A stretch of 64,000 nt of DNA from an uncultured Actinomycetes bacterium (GCA_963706025.1 CAVPLM010000003.1:640001-704000), one strand, 5' to 3'. Numbered from the stretch's first letter, positions 18,539 through 27,446 are shown. The notes: generated from the sequence alone by a model not told the origin. Made by a program: numbers and translations.

Positions 18539-19414
18539 TCAAGGGGCTGGGCCTGGCACCAGGCGCGGGGAACGCCGGCCCGAAGAAGGCCTGTTGGGAT
18601 GGCGTCCGCTCATCCGTGCCGGCAGACTCGGATTCCAGCCCAGATAGGCTGAGAACGAGGCGGCTGTGGCTCTCACCGCCTCGGCGCACAGCGCGCTCTC
18701 GGCCGCGCCGAAGCGTCCCGCCGGGACCACGACCGAGATGGCGGCTATCACCGTTCCCAACTGATCGCGCACCGGGGCACCCACCGCACAGATGCCGGGA
18801 TAGAGCCCTTCGAGGTCGAAGGCCACGTTGTTCTTCGCTATCTGGTCCAGTTCCAGCGCGAGCTCGCGTGCATCGGTGATGGTGTGGGGGGTCCGCTGGG
18901 GACGGGGCTGGGACAGGATCGCGTCCCTTTCCTCCGGCGGCTTGAAGGCGGTGAAGATCTTGCCGTGGACCGACGCGATGTCGCCGAGGATCCGTCCGGG
19001 CGCCGTCTTACGCTTGAAGGGGCGGGTCGTATTGATGATGTCGACGCACACCGGGAACCCGTCGGCCTCGACAGCCAGGGTGACCGACTCCCCCGTTTCC
19101 TGCACGAGCGACTCGAGGAACGGCCGAGCCGAATCCACAAACTCCGAGTGGTCATCCGAGACGTAGGTGATCGCCAGCGTCGCCGGGCCGAGACGGTAGC
19201 GATTGGTCGTAAGGTCGCGGACAAGAAAGGCCATGGATTCGAGCGTCCGCACCATGCGATAGACGGTCATGCGCACGAGGCCGGTCTGCTCGGCCATCTC
19301 GTCGATGGTCCACTCGCGGTGGTCCACGTCGAAAAGGCAGAGGATGGAGAGTCCTCTGGCCAGCGCCCGGACCTGGAACGGGTCGGTCTCATGCAGTCCT
19401 GTGGTCGCGCCCAT
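18539..19414 (-). CDS. IclR family transcriptional regulator (paralog of 2646-3470)
   Basis: VRALARGL...RMTVYRMVRTL...RYRLGPA, VHGKIFTA, CAVGAPVRD; AGGAG RBS before ATG 19414. Confidence 0.92.
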   Translation of the reverse strand: MGATTGLHETDPFQVRALARGLSILCLFDVDHREWTIDEMAEQTGLVRMTVYRMVRTLESMAFLVRDLTTNRYRLGPATLAITYVSDDHSEFVDSARPFLESLVQETGESVTLAVEADGFPVCVDIINTTRPFKRKTAPGRILGDIASVHGKIFTAFKPPEERDAILSQPRPQRTPHTITDARELALELDQIAKNNVAFDLEGLYPGICAVGAPVRDQLGTVIAAISVVVPAGRFGAAESALCAEAVRATAASFSAYLGWNPSLPARMSGRHPNRPSSGRRSPRLVPGPAP

Positions 19415-19501
19415 GTATCTCCTGTAGATCAGAACCGACCTGCAAGGCAGGCGTGCATCTTGCAAATGGACCGTGCCTACTCTACGATATTAGCAGTAAT
19501 G

Positions 19502-19516
19502 CTCGATAATATCGAG
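19502..19516. promoter_or_regulatory. 7-1-7 palindrome, candidate IclR operator
   Basis: CTCGATA-A-TATCGAG in the AT-rich divergent intergenic region. Confidence 0.55.
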
Positions 19517-19574
19517 ATATCGTTTTGTCCCTCGGACTGCCGACCATCTCTGATCTCAGGGGAGCTGATGATTG

Positions 19575-22100
19575 ATGGCTGAAAAGGTTTTCGCGAACTG
19601 TACCAACAGCGGGCCCGTCTCTGTGTATGTCAAGGACGGGAAGATCACGAGGGTCCGTCCCCTGGTGGTGGACGAGAAGGACATGAAGCCCTGGGTGATC
19701 GAGGCCGGCGGGAAGAGTTACTCTCCCCCGAAGAAGGTCACCCTCTCGCCTTACATCCATGCCGAGCGGCGGCGCATCTACTCCGACGAGCGGATCAAAT
19801 ACCCCATGAAGCGGGTCGACTTCGATCCGAACGGCGAGCGCAATCCCCAGAACCGCGGCAAGTCCCGCTACGAGCGTATCTCCTGGGACGAGGCTGCGAC
19901 TCTGGTGGCGACTGAGCTCAAGCGGGTGAAAGACACCTATGGCGGGTCGGCCATCAGTGGCATGACCTCGTCGCATCACAACTGGGGCATCGTCGGCTAC
20001 AAGATGGGGCCGTTCGCCCGCTTCCTCAACATGATGGAAGGCACTCCGGTGCTGGACAACCCCGATAGCTGGGAGGGGTGGCATTGGGGAGCGACGCACA
20101 GCTACGGCTTCTTCTGGCGGCTGGGCATGCCCGAGCCGTACGACATGCTGGGCGACGCCCTGCAGAACGCGGAGATGATCGTCTATTGGTCCAACGACCC
20201 TGACAGCACCCGGGGTACGTACTCCGGCCAGGACTCGGCTCTCTGGCGGCAGTGGCTCAAGGAGAAGGGCGTCAAGATGGTCTTCATCGACCCCTTCTAC
20301 AACTACACCAACGCCGTCATGGGCGGCAAGTGGATCACCCCTCGCCTGGGCACCGACACCGCTGTGGCCATGGCCATCGCCTTCGTCTGGATCACCGAGG
20401 ATACCTACAACAAGGACTACATCCAGAACCGCACCATCGGTTTCGACGAGTTCAAGAAGTACGTCCTCGGCGAGATCGACGGGCAGCCCAAGACCCCGGA
20501 ATGGGCCGCGGAGGAGTCGGGCGTCGATGCCCGCGTGATCCGCACCCTGGCCCGCGAATGGGCCGCCAAGCGCACGGTCTTGTCGGGCGGTTCCCGTGGG
20601 GGGGAAGGCGGCGCCTGCCGGACGGCCTACGGCACCGAGTGGGCTCGTATGATGGTGCTGTTGCAGGCCATGCAGGGACTGGGCGCTCCGGGCCGTAGCA
20701 TCTGGGGTACGACCATGGGGGCGCCTTCAGACACCACCAGGTGGGTCCCCAGCTATGGCGAGCCGGAAGCCCGGATATCGATGTCCACCAAGGCGTGCAA
20801 GTACATCCCGGTGAACACGACCAAGCAGCGCCTGTGGCGTCTCACCGTGCCCGAAGCGATCCTGGACCCGCCGGTGGACTGGTACGGGGAAGGTTTCTGC
20901 GGCCGGAGCCTGGAGCAGCAGTTCATGCACTTCGTGTATCCGATGGAGGGGCACTCCGAGATGAAGCTGTGGTACCGCTACGGAGGCTCCTTCATGGGCA
21001 CCATGAGCGACACCAGCAAGTGGGTGCGGATGTACCAGAGTCCCAAGCTGGAGTTCGTGGTCAACCAGGACATCTGGTACAACAGCGAGACCCGCATGGC
21101 CGACGTGATCCTGCCGGCCTGCACCAACTTCGAGCGCGACGACATGGGCGAGTGGGCAGCCATCAACGGCTACACGGTGCACGCCAGCTGCGGCTGCAAC
21201 TACCGGGTAGTGGTGCGCGAGCAGAAGTGCATCGAGCCCCTGTGGGAATCCAAGTCGGACTACGAGATCTTCGCGCTCATCTTCGAGAAGATGGGCCTTA
21301 GAGACGAGTACACCGACGGCGGCAAGACCGAGGTCGACTGGGTGAAAGCCTTCTTCGACATCTCCGACCTGCCCAAAGACGTGAGCTGGGAGGAGTTCAA
21401 CCGGAAGGGCTACCACATCATCAACATCAACGACGACTACAAGCCGACGCCGGGGATGCGCTGGTTCTACGAGGGGCGCGACTGCGACACTCCCGACTTG
21501 GGTAACCCCAAGCGCCTCACGGAAAAGCGCGCCGAGCTCGGCACGTTCAGCGGCAAGATCGAGTTCGAGTCGGTGAGCCTCAAGCAGTACTTCCCCGACG
21601 ACGAGGAGCGACCGGTGGTGCCGCGCTACATCCCCAGCTGGGAAGGGCACCACACCACCGAGCTCTACGAGAAGTACCCACTGCAGCTCCTTTCCCCGCA
21701 CCCGCGGTTCACCTTCCACTGCCACTACGACAAGCACACCGACTGGCTGAACGATATCCCCGGGCACCGCATCAAGAAGGACGGCTATGCCTGGTGGCCG
21801 GCGCGCCTCAATCCCGAGGACGCGGCCAAGCGGGGCATCAACAGCCACGACATCGTCCGTCTCTACAACGACCGCGGCTCGGTGCTCTGCATCGCCGTGG
21901 TCACCGGACGGGTCAGTCCCGGGGTCATACACTCCTATGCCTCGTCGGCCCTTTACGATCCGCTGATGCCGGGCAACGCGGACTCCGTGGACAAAGGCGG
22001 CTGTGTCAGCATCCTCACCCCGTCGCGCATGCTGTCCAAGAACGCGCCGGGAATGACGCCCAATTCGTGCCTCATCGAGATCGAAAAATGGGAGGGCTAA
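19575..22100 (+). CDS. Pyrogallol-phloroglucinol transhydroxylase-family Mo enzyme, large subunit
   Basis: NCTNSGPVSVYVKDGKI, SSHHNWG, NPDSWEGWHWG, GGACR, LPACTNFER, SPHPRF. Confidence 0.92.
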   Translation: MAEKVFANCTNSGPVSVYVKDGKITRVRPLVVDEKDMKPWVIEAGGKSYSPPKKVTLSPYIHAERRRIYSDERIKYPMKRVDFDPNGERNPQNRGKSRYERISWDEAATLVATELKRVKDTYGGSAISGMTSSHHNWGIVGYKMGPFARFLNMMEGTPVLDNPDSWEGWHWGATHSYGFFWRLGMPEPYDMLGDALQNAEMIVYWSNDPDSTRGTYSGQDSALWRQWLKEKGVKMVFIDPFYNYTNAVMGGKWITPRLGTDTAVAMAIAFVWITEDTYNKDYIQNRTIGFDEFKKYVLGEIDGQPKTPEWAAEESGVDARVIRTLAREWAAKRTVLSGGSRGGEGGACRTAYGTEWARMMVLLQAMQGLGAPGRSIWGTTMGAPSDTTRWVPSYGEPEARISMSTKACKYIPVNTTKQRLWRLTVPEAILDPPVDWYGEGFCGRSLEQQFMHFVYPMEGHSEMKLWYRYGGSFMGTMSDTSKWVRMYQSPKLEFVVNQDIWYNSETRMADVILPACTNFERDDMGEWAAINGYTVHASCGCNYRVVVREQKCIEPLWESKSDYEIFALIFEKMGLRDEYTDGGKTEVDWVKAFFDISDLPKDVSWEEFNRKGYHIININDDYKPTPGMRWFYEGRDCDTPDLGNPKRLTEKRAELGTFSGKIEFESVSLKQYFPDDEERPVVPRYIPSWEGHHTTELYEKYPLQLLSPHPRFTFHCHYDKHTDWLNDIPGHRIKKDGYAWWPARLNPEDAAKRGINSHDIVRLYNDRGSVLCIAVVTGRVSPGVIHSYASSALYDPLMPGNADSVDKGGCVSILTPSRMLSKNAPGMTPNSCLIEIEKWEG

Positions 22101-22104
22101 GATC

Positions 22105-22944
22105 ATGGCGCGCCTGAGCCTGCTCATCGACGTGACCAAGTGCAGCGGTTGCCACAACTGCTTCCTGGCCTGCCGCGACGAGTACTACGACAACGACTAC
22201 AGCCCCTACTCTGCCCCCCAGCCTCTCGAAGGTCAGTTCTGGATGCAGGTCAAGGAGATAGAGCGAGGCAGCTATCCCAAGCCCAAGCTCGACTACATCC
22301 CTCTTCCCTGTCAGCACTGTGAGACGGCTCCCTGCGTGGAAGTCGCCGCGGACGAAGCCGTGTATCGTCGCAAAGACGGCATCGTGTTGATCGACCCGCA
22401 GAAGTCAAAGGGCCAGAAAGCGATCGTCAATTCCTGTCCCTACCGGGTGGTCTTCTGGAACGCGGAGCTCGAGATACCGCAGAAGTGCACCCTGTGTGCC
22501 CATCGGCTGGACGAAGGCGCCAAGGAGCCGCGCTGCGTAGAGGCCTGCCCCACCGGCGCGTTGGTGTTCGGCGACCTGGACGACCCGAGCAGCGAGATCG
22601 CCAAGCTCTCGGCCTCAATGAAGGTCGAGACCTATCATCCTGAGTACAACGCGGCTCCCCTGGTCAAGTACGTGGGCATCCCCAAACGCTTCGTCGTCGG
22701 CGAAGTGGTGCGGCGAGATGTCCCCGAGGAGTGTGCTGAGGGGGTTCTGATCGCGCTCGAAGGCGGCGGCGCGAAGCTGAAGACCCGCTCGGACAGCTAC
22801 GGCGACTTCGAATTCGAAGGCCTTGAAAGGAACACGGCCTATCGCGTCCGGGTCGAGCTCGACGGCTACGCGCCGCAGGAGTTCGATGTCGTCACGCAGA
22901 AGGATGTGGACCTGGGCGAGATCGTCCTGGACCCAGTGAGCTGA
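22105..22944 (+). CDS. Transhydroxylase beta subunit-like Fe-S protein (three-cluster type)
   Basis: CSGCHNCFLAC, CQHCETAPC, KSKGQKAIVNSCPY (one cluster motif lost), CTLC..RCVEACP; SDSYGDFEF C-terminal domain. Confidence 0.9.
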   Translation: MARLSLLIDVTKCSGCHNCFLACRDEYYDNDYSPYSAPQPLEGQFWMQVKEIERGSYPKPKLDYIPLPCQHCETAPCVEVAADEAVYRRKDGIVLIDPQKSKGQKAIVNSCPYRVVFWNAELEIPQKCTLCAHRLDEGAKEPRCVEACPTGALVFGDLDDPSSEIAKLSASMKVETYHPEYNAAPLVKYVGIPKRFVVGEVVRRDVPEECAEGVLIALEGGGAKLKTRSDSYGDFEFEGLERNTAYRVRVELDGYAPQEFDVVTQKDVDLGEIVLDPVS

Positions 22945-22969
22945 TGACAAACGACCCGGGAAAGGTCTC

Positions 22970-24169
22970 ATGAACGAGGTAGTGATCGTCAGCGCCGTGA
23001 GAACGGCGGTGGGTAGACTGGGTGGAGGTCTCAAGGACGTCGAGCCGGAAGACCTCGCGAAGCTGGTCATCATAGAAGCCCTGGCGCGGGCTCAGGTGGA
23101 ACCGGAAGCGGTCGACGAGGTCATCATGGGCCAGACCAAGCAGAGCGCCGACGCCGCCAACCTGGCCCGGGTGGCCGCGCTGAAAGCGGGCCTACCGGTG
23201 GAGGTGCCGGCCTACACGGTGATGCGGCAGTGCGGTTCGGGCCTGCAGGCCGTCCACAACGCGGCGGAGAGCATCATGATCGGCCAAGCCGACATCGTCG
23301 TGGCGGGCGGGGTCGAGAACATGAGCAAGGCCCCCTACTATTTGAGAAGCGCCCGGTACGGCTACGGGGCGGGCAACGCGGTGCTGGTGGACTCCAACAC
23401 CGAGAGCCAGCCGCGTTCGCAGCCGTATGAGGTCTACGGCAACCTGACCATGGGTCTCACGGCCGAGAACCTGGCGGTCAAGTACGGCATCAGCCGGGAG
23501 GAACAGGACGCCTTTTCCCTCCAGAGCCAGGAGAGGGCTTTCGCGGCCATCGAATCAGGCCGGTTCAAGGACGAGATCGTGCCGGTGGAGATCCCGCAGC
23601 GGAAAGGCGCGCCGTTGGTGTTCGACACCGACGAGCATCCACGCAGGAGCACCCTTGAGGGGTTGGCCGCGCTGCCCGCGGTGTTCAAGGAGGGCGGCAC
23701 GGTGACCGCGGGGAACGCCTCGGGCCGCAACGACGGCGCGGCCTGCACCGTCGTCATGTCGGCGAAGGAGGCGTCTAGAAGAGGTCTCAAGCCGATGGCG
23801 ACCATCAGGAGCATGGCTGTAGCCGGGGTGCCGCCGGAGATCATGGGCATCGGACCGGCGCCTGCCAGCCGCAAAGCCCTCGCCCGGGCAGGTCTGACCT
23901 TGGACGACATCGGACTGATCGAACTCAACGAGGCCTTCGCTGCCCAGGCTCTCTCGGTGGTCAAAGAATTGGGCATCGGCGACCGTATGGCCGAGTTGAA
24001 CGTGAACGGTGGGGCCATTGCTCTCGGACACCCTCTGGGGTGTTCCGGGGCCCGGATATTCACCACCCTGCTCTACGAGATGAAGAAGCGCGGGACCCGC
24101 TACGGGCTGGCGACGCTGTGCATCGCCGGGGGTCAGGGGATAGCGACCGTCGTCGAAGCTGGGGAATAG
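22970..24169 (+). CDS. Thiolase (acetyl-CoA C-acyltransferase)
   Basis: QCGSG, NEAF, GHPLG, CIAGGQG. Confidence 0.95.
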   Translation: MNEVVIVSAVRTAVGRLGGGLKDVEPEDLAKLVIIEALARAQVEPEAVDEVIMGQTKQSADAANLARVAALKAGLPVEVPAYTVMRQCGSGLQAVHNAAESIMIGQADIVVAGGVENMSKAPYYLRSARYGYGAGNAVLVDSNTESQPRSQPYEVYGNLTMGLTAENLAVKYGISREEQDAFSLQSQERAFAAIESGRFKDEIVPVEIPQRKGAPLVFDTDEHPRRSTLEGLAALPAVFKEGGTVTAGNASGRNDGAACTVVMSAKEASRRGLKPMATIRSMAVAGVPPEIMGIGPAPASRKALARAGLTLDDIGLIELNEAFAAQALSVVKELGIGDRMAELNVNGGAIALGHPLGCSGARIFTTLLYEMKKRGTRYGLATLCIAGGQGIATVVEAGE

Positions 24170-24208
24170 GTCGCGCGAAGGCAGACTGCCGATCGGATCG
24201 ACCCCCTT

Positions 24209-24245
24209 GGCCCCCCGCGAGCCTCTGGCTGCGGGGGGTCTTTCT
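24209..24245 (+). terminator. Intrinsic terminator after thiolase
   Basis: CCCCCCGC(G)AGCC-TCT-GGCTGCGGGGGG followed by TCTTTCT. Confidence 0.6.
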
Positions 24246-24311
24246 ATCTGTGTTCGCGGCGCCGTTTGTGCAACGCTGCTCTGAGCGCGGCGAGTCGGTA
24301 TCTGCGGTCGC

Positions 24312-25028
24312 CTAGGGCGCCAGGGAGATGCGGGGACTATCGGCCGTCAGGTAGTCGATCCGGCTGGTTCCTCCGCAGAAGCGTTGTATCAGCTCGGCCA
24401 CCTCGGCACACGCGGCTTCGATCTCGGCCGGGCTGACTGGAGGCAGTCCGTCCACATTGAACTCTATGGCTCGAGTCTCCGGTAGGGTCAGGGTGTGATT
24501 GCCCTGACGCCAGGTCCAGCGGCGGGTCAGCACTGTTTTGCCTTCTACAAAGACCACTTCCCCCGGGAGCGGATGCTCCATCTCCTCCGACCCGAAGGGG
24601 ACGAACTCCTCCTCGCCGGTGGCGAAGCGCAGTTCGATGTCGCCGCCCAGCAGGTCGATGGCGTGGCCGCCGGCCGGGATCAGATGGCGCAAGGAAATCA
24701 CGTTGCCGATATCGACCAGCGCGCTGATGGCGGGGAGCTCGTCTCCGCGAAGCGCCCGCCGGGCCATGGCCTCAACCGACGAGCGGTACTCGGCGGGCTT
24801 GGCGCCGAAGGCGCGGTAGGCCTCGCGCCAGCACTTGATGCGCGGCTCCTCGGCTATCTGTTCCAGGTTCACGCGGGTACGCACCGATTCCTCGGCTTCG
24901 CGTAGCATCTGCACCAGCTCCGCCGGCGAGGGGCCGTTACGGACTTCGTGGGCGATTACGACGCCGCGCACGTAACCGGGGAAACGCCCAAATATCTCGG
25001 GAGATATGCTGTAACTGAAGTGCTCCAT
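24312..25028 (-). CDS. Stand-alone B3/B4 (PheRS-beta editing-like) domain protein
   Basis: WREAYRAFG, YRSSVEAMARR, ISALVDIGN, GGHAID, TRRWTWRQ. Confidence 0.85.
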   Translation of the reverse strand: MEHFSYSISPEIFGRFPGYVRGVVIAHEVRNGPSPAELVQMLREAEESVRTRVNLEQIAEEPRIKCWREAYRAFGAKPAEYRSSVEAMARRALRGDELPAISALVDIGNVISLRHLIPAGGHAIDLLGGDIELRFATGEEEFVPFGSEEMEHPLPGEVVFVEGKTVLTRRWTWRQGNHTLTLPETRAIEFNVDGLPPVSPAEIEAACAEVAELIQRFCGGTSRIDYLTADSPRISLAP

Positions 25029-25270
25029 AACGGCGTCCGCCCCTCTGGTCGAAGTGTTCCTGGCCGGGATTCTACCCGAAAACCGCCTGGCCCCGCCGCC
25101 CATACGCGGCACCCGCCCGGCACTCGCATGGCACGCCGCCCTGCGCTGAGCGCGCCACCCGGCGCGATACTCGGTGCGCGGCTGCGTCCGTCCGCCCGCT
25201 TGCCGCCGGGGAGGCGCCTGCGCTAGGCTGAGTGCCTACTTGAAGCGCGGGCCGAGGAGGGACACACGTC

Positions 25271-26551
25271 ATGCGGATCGATGTGCCCTGGGGCACCAGA
25301 ACGACTCTCGTCGAGGTGGACGCCCGCCGGGTGGCCGGCGTACTGGGCGCCAATGTGGAGAGGGCTGAGGATCCGGACGCGATACTGCGGGCGGCGATCG
25401 CGCGACCAGAGGCGGGCCTCAAGGAGTTCCTGGCCGGAGCTCCCTCGCCGCTGCTCGTGGTCGTGAACGATGCGACCCGGCCTACCCCGTCGGCCGATGT
25501 GCTGCGCGTGCTCCGGGCCGATCTGGAAAAGTGGCTGGGGAACCCGGGCAATGAACTGGCGTTCGTCATCGCCACCGGGACGCACAGGGTGGCGCTCCCC
25601 GAGGAGGTCGAGCACCTTTTCGGTTCTGAACTGGCGGGAGCACACGGGGACCGCATCTTCTGCCATGACTCCAAAGACGAAGGGCAGCTCGTTCGCATCG
25701 GCCGGACCGCGCGCGGCACCCAGATCTGGGTCAACCGACTCCTGGCGGAGGCCGGCAGCGTGCTCCTCATCAACTCGGTGGAGCCGCACTACTTCGCCGG
25801 CTACACGGGTGGGAGGAAATCGCTGTTCCCCGGCTTGGCCGGCTACGAAACGGTGTGGGCCAACCACAGGCTTTCGATGGAGACCGGCTCCGAGACCCTG
25901 GTCCTGAGGGGCAACCCGGTGCATGAAGACCTTGAAGACGCGATGACGATCGGCGTCGGGGAGAAGCAGGTCTTCTCCATCCAACTGGTGCTCGACAAAG
26001 ACCACCGCATCGGCTTCGCTGCCGCCGGCGATCTGGACGATACGTTCCGGCAGGCCGTCGCGGTGGCCGACAAGCAGTTCGTTCTGGACATAGAGCGGCG
26101 CTTCGAGATCGTGGTAGCCGTCGCGCCCCATCCCATGGACTGCAACTTCTACCAGACCAACAAGGCCATCCAGAGCGGGGCGCTGGCCGTCAAGGACGGG
26201 GGCGTCCTCATCGTGGTGTCGGAGTGCCCTTTCGGGCTGGGAGAGAACCAGATCCTGTTCGACATGCTGGCCGCGGCCGAGTCGCCCGCGGAGGCGCTCG
26301 AGCACGCCGATCAGGAGGAGTATCGGCTGGGGGTACAACAGGCCACACGCATCGCGGCCATCCTCGAACGGGTTGAGATCTGGGCCGTCACCTCGCTTAG
26401 GGACGAGGAGGTGCGCGCCATGTTCATGACTCCCTTCCCCGACGTGCAGACGGCCGTGGATGCCGCCTTGGCCAAACACGGCGAAGAGGCGCAGGTGCTC
26501 TTTCTGAAGGAGGCCAGCATCACGGTGCCCAGAGTGCGCGGGGCAGGCTAA
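25271..26551 (+). CDS. larA: Nickel-pincer-dependent LarA-family 2-hydroxy acid racemase/epimerase
   Basis: VNDATRPTP, ATGTHR, EPHYFAGYTGGRKS, NPVHED, NFYQTNK. Confidence 0.88.
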   Translation: MRIDVPWGTRTTLVEVDARRVAGVLGANVERAEDPDAILRAAIARPEAGLKEFLAGAPSPLLVVVNDATRPTPSADVLRVLRADLEKWLGNPGNELAFVIATGTHRVALPEEVEHLFGSELAGAHGDRIFCHDSKDEGQLVRIGRTARGTQIWVNRLLAEAGSVLLINSVEPHYFAGYTGGRKSLFPGLAGYETVWANHRLSMETGSETLVLRGNPVHEDLEDAMTIGVGEKQVFSIQLVLDKDHRIGFAAAGDLDDTFRQAVAVADKQFVLDIERRFEIVVAVAPHPMDCNFYQTNKAIQSGALAVKDGGVLIVVSECPFGLGENQILFDMLAAAESPAEALEHADQEEYRLGVQQATRIAAILERVEIWAVTSLRDEEVRAMFMTPFPDVQTAVDAALAKHGEEAQVLFLKEASITVPRVRGAG

Positions 26552-26575
26552 CCGAGAGTGCGCGACGCAGGCTAA
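26531..26575 (+). repeat. Near-tandem 21-bp duplication of the larA 3' end
   Basis: AGAGTGCGCGGGGCAGGCTAA (26531-26551) and AGAGTGCGCGACGCAGGCTAA (26555-26575). Confidence 0.75.
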
Positions 26576-26620
26576 GGCCGGCCGCCCCGAAGCGGCCGGC
26601 TTGGAGCGCGCGAAGCGCTG

Positions 26621-27043
26621 CTAGGCCTCCACTATGCGGAACGACGACTTGATCGTCGTCCCCGGCTTGAGCATGGCCCAGACCGGGCACAACTGTTCCT
26701 CAGCTATCCGCAGGCTGCGCGTGATCACCTCGGGATCCTGGCCGGAGCCGTGCACCACGAACTCCAGATCGATATCGGTGAGGACGGTGGGGTGCTCGTC
26801 CCGGCGCGTCCCCCTTGCTTCGACCTCGAGGCCTTTCGGGCTCGCATCCACCCGACGAAGCAGCATGGCGAGGGTTCCGCCCGCGCACGCTGCGAGACTG
26901 GCGAGGAGCATCTCCAGCGGCGTAGGGCCGGAGGTCTCGCCTGGCTGCAGGGGGTAATCAAGATGCACCGAATGCTCGCCGGTACCTACGAGGAAGTGCA
27001 TGCCATCCTGGTGGACTGCGCGCGCACATAGTTCTTTGGACAT
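26621..27043 (-). CDS. OsmC/YhfA family protein
   Basis: GPTPLEMLLASLAAC, EHPTVLTDI, EQLCPVWAML; GGAGG RBS before ATG 27043. Confidence 0.88.
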   Translation of the reverse strand: MSKELCARAVHQDGMHFLVGTGEHSVHLDYPLQPGETSGPTPLEMLLASLAACAGGTLAMLLRRVDASPKGLEVEARGTRRDEHPTVLTDIDLEFVVHGSGQDPEVITRSLRIAEEQLCPVWAMLKPGTTIKSSFRIVEA

Positions 27044-27100
27044 GTGGACCTCCCAGCTGTCTATCGAATTCGTATCATCATAGACGCGGTTGGCACTGCC

Positions 27101-27187
27101 GTGGCGCCCATTATCGGAGGAGCCGTCGGAGGATTGCTCTACCACTATCTGATCGGGAAGCCAAAGGCCGAGCCAGAGACCGCCTGA
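27101..27187 (+). pseudogene. 3' remnant of an aquaporin (MIP/AqpZ-like) gene
   Basis: Translates VAPIIGGAVGGLLYHYLIGKPKAEPETA*, resembling the last TM helix of AqpZ; followed by a terminator; no upstream MIP sequence. Confidence 0.6.
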
Positions 27188-27208
27188 CCCCAGATCCGAC
27201 CGTCAGGC

Positions 27209-27248
27209 CAGGGGGCTCCCGGTGTCATGGGAGCCCCTGTTTCTTCTT
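27209..27248 (+). terminator. Intrinsic terminator after the aquaporin remnant
   Basis: GGGGCTCCC-GGTGTCAT-GGGAGCCCC followed by TGTTTCTTCTT. Confidence 0.65.
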
Positions 27249-27275
27249 GAAATGACCCTATCCTTTGGGTATCAT
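27247..27275 (+). promoter_or_regulatory. Sigma70-like promoter of the tRNA cluster
   Basis: TTGAAA-N17-TATCAT about 30 bp before tRNA-Tyr. Confidence 0.6.
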
Positions 27276-27307
27276 GCGAGTTCGCCTCCGCGTGGGGTTT
27301 CACGCGT

Positions 27308-27391
<84 letters not shown>

Positions 27392-27446
27392 TGAACCGGC
27401 GGTGGCCACAGCCAGTGTGGCGGCCAGTGGCAAGCTGGTCCGACGG

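Noticed and set aside
18440-18540. Possible Moco/Wco riboswitch upstream of the Mo-enzyme gene
   Set aside because: Only a small hairpin is visible and I cannot match the consensus; an Infernal search would be needed.
18438-18689. Apparent N-terminal extension of the 959-aa ORF
   Set aside because: Overlaps the IclR 3' end; there is a better RBS and ATG at 18437 and no convincing Tat motif.
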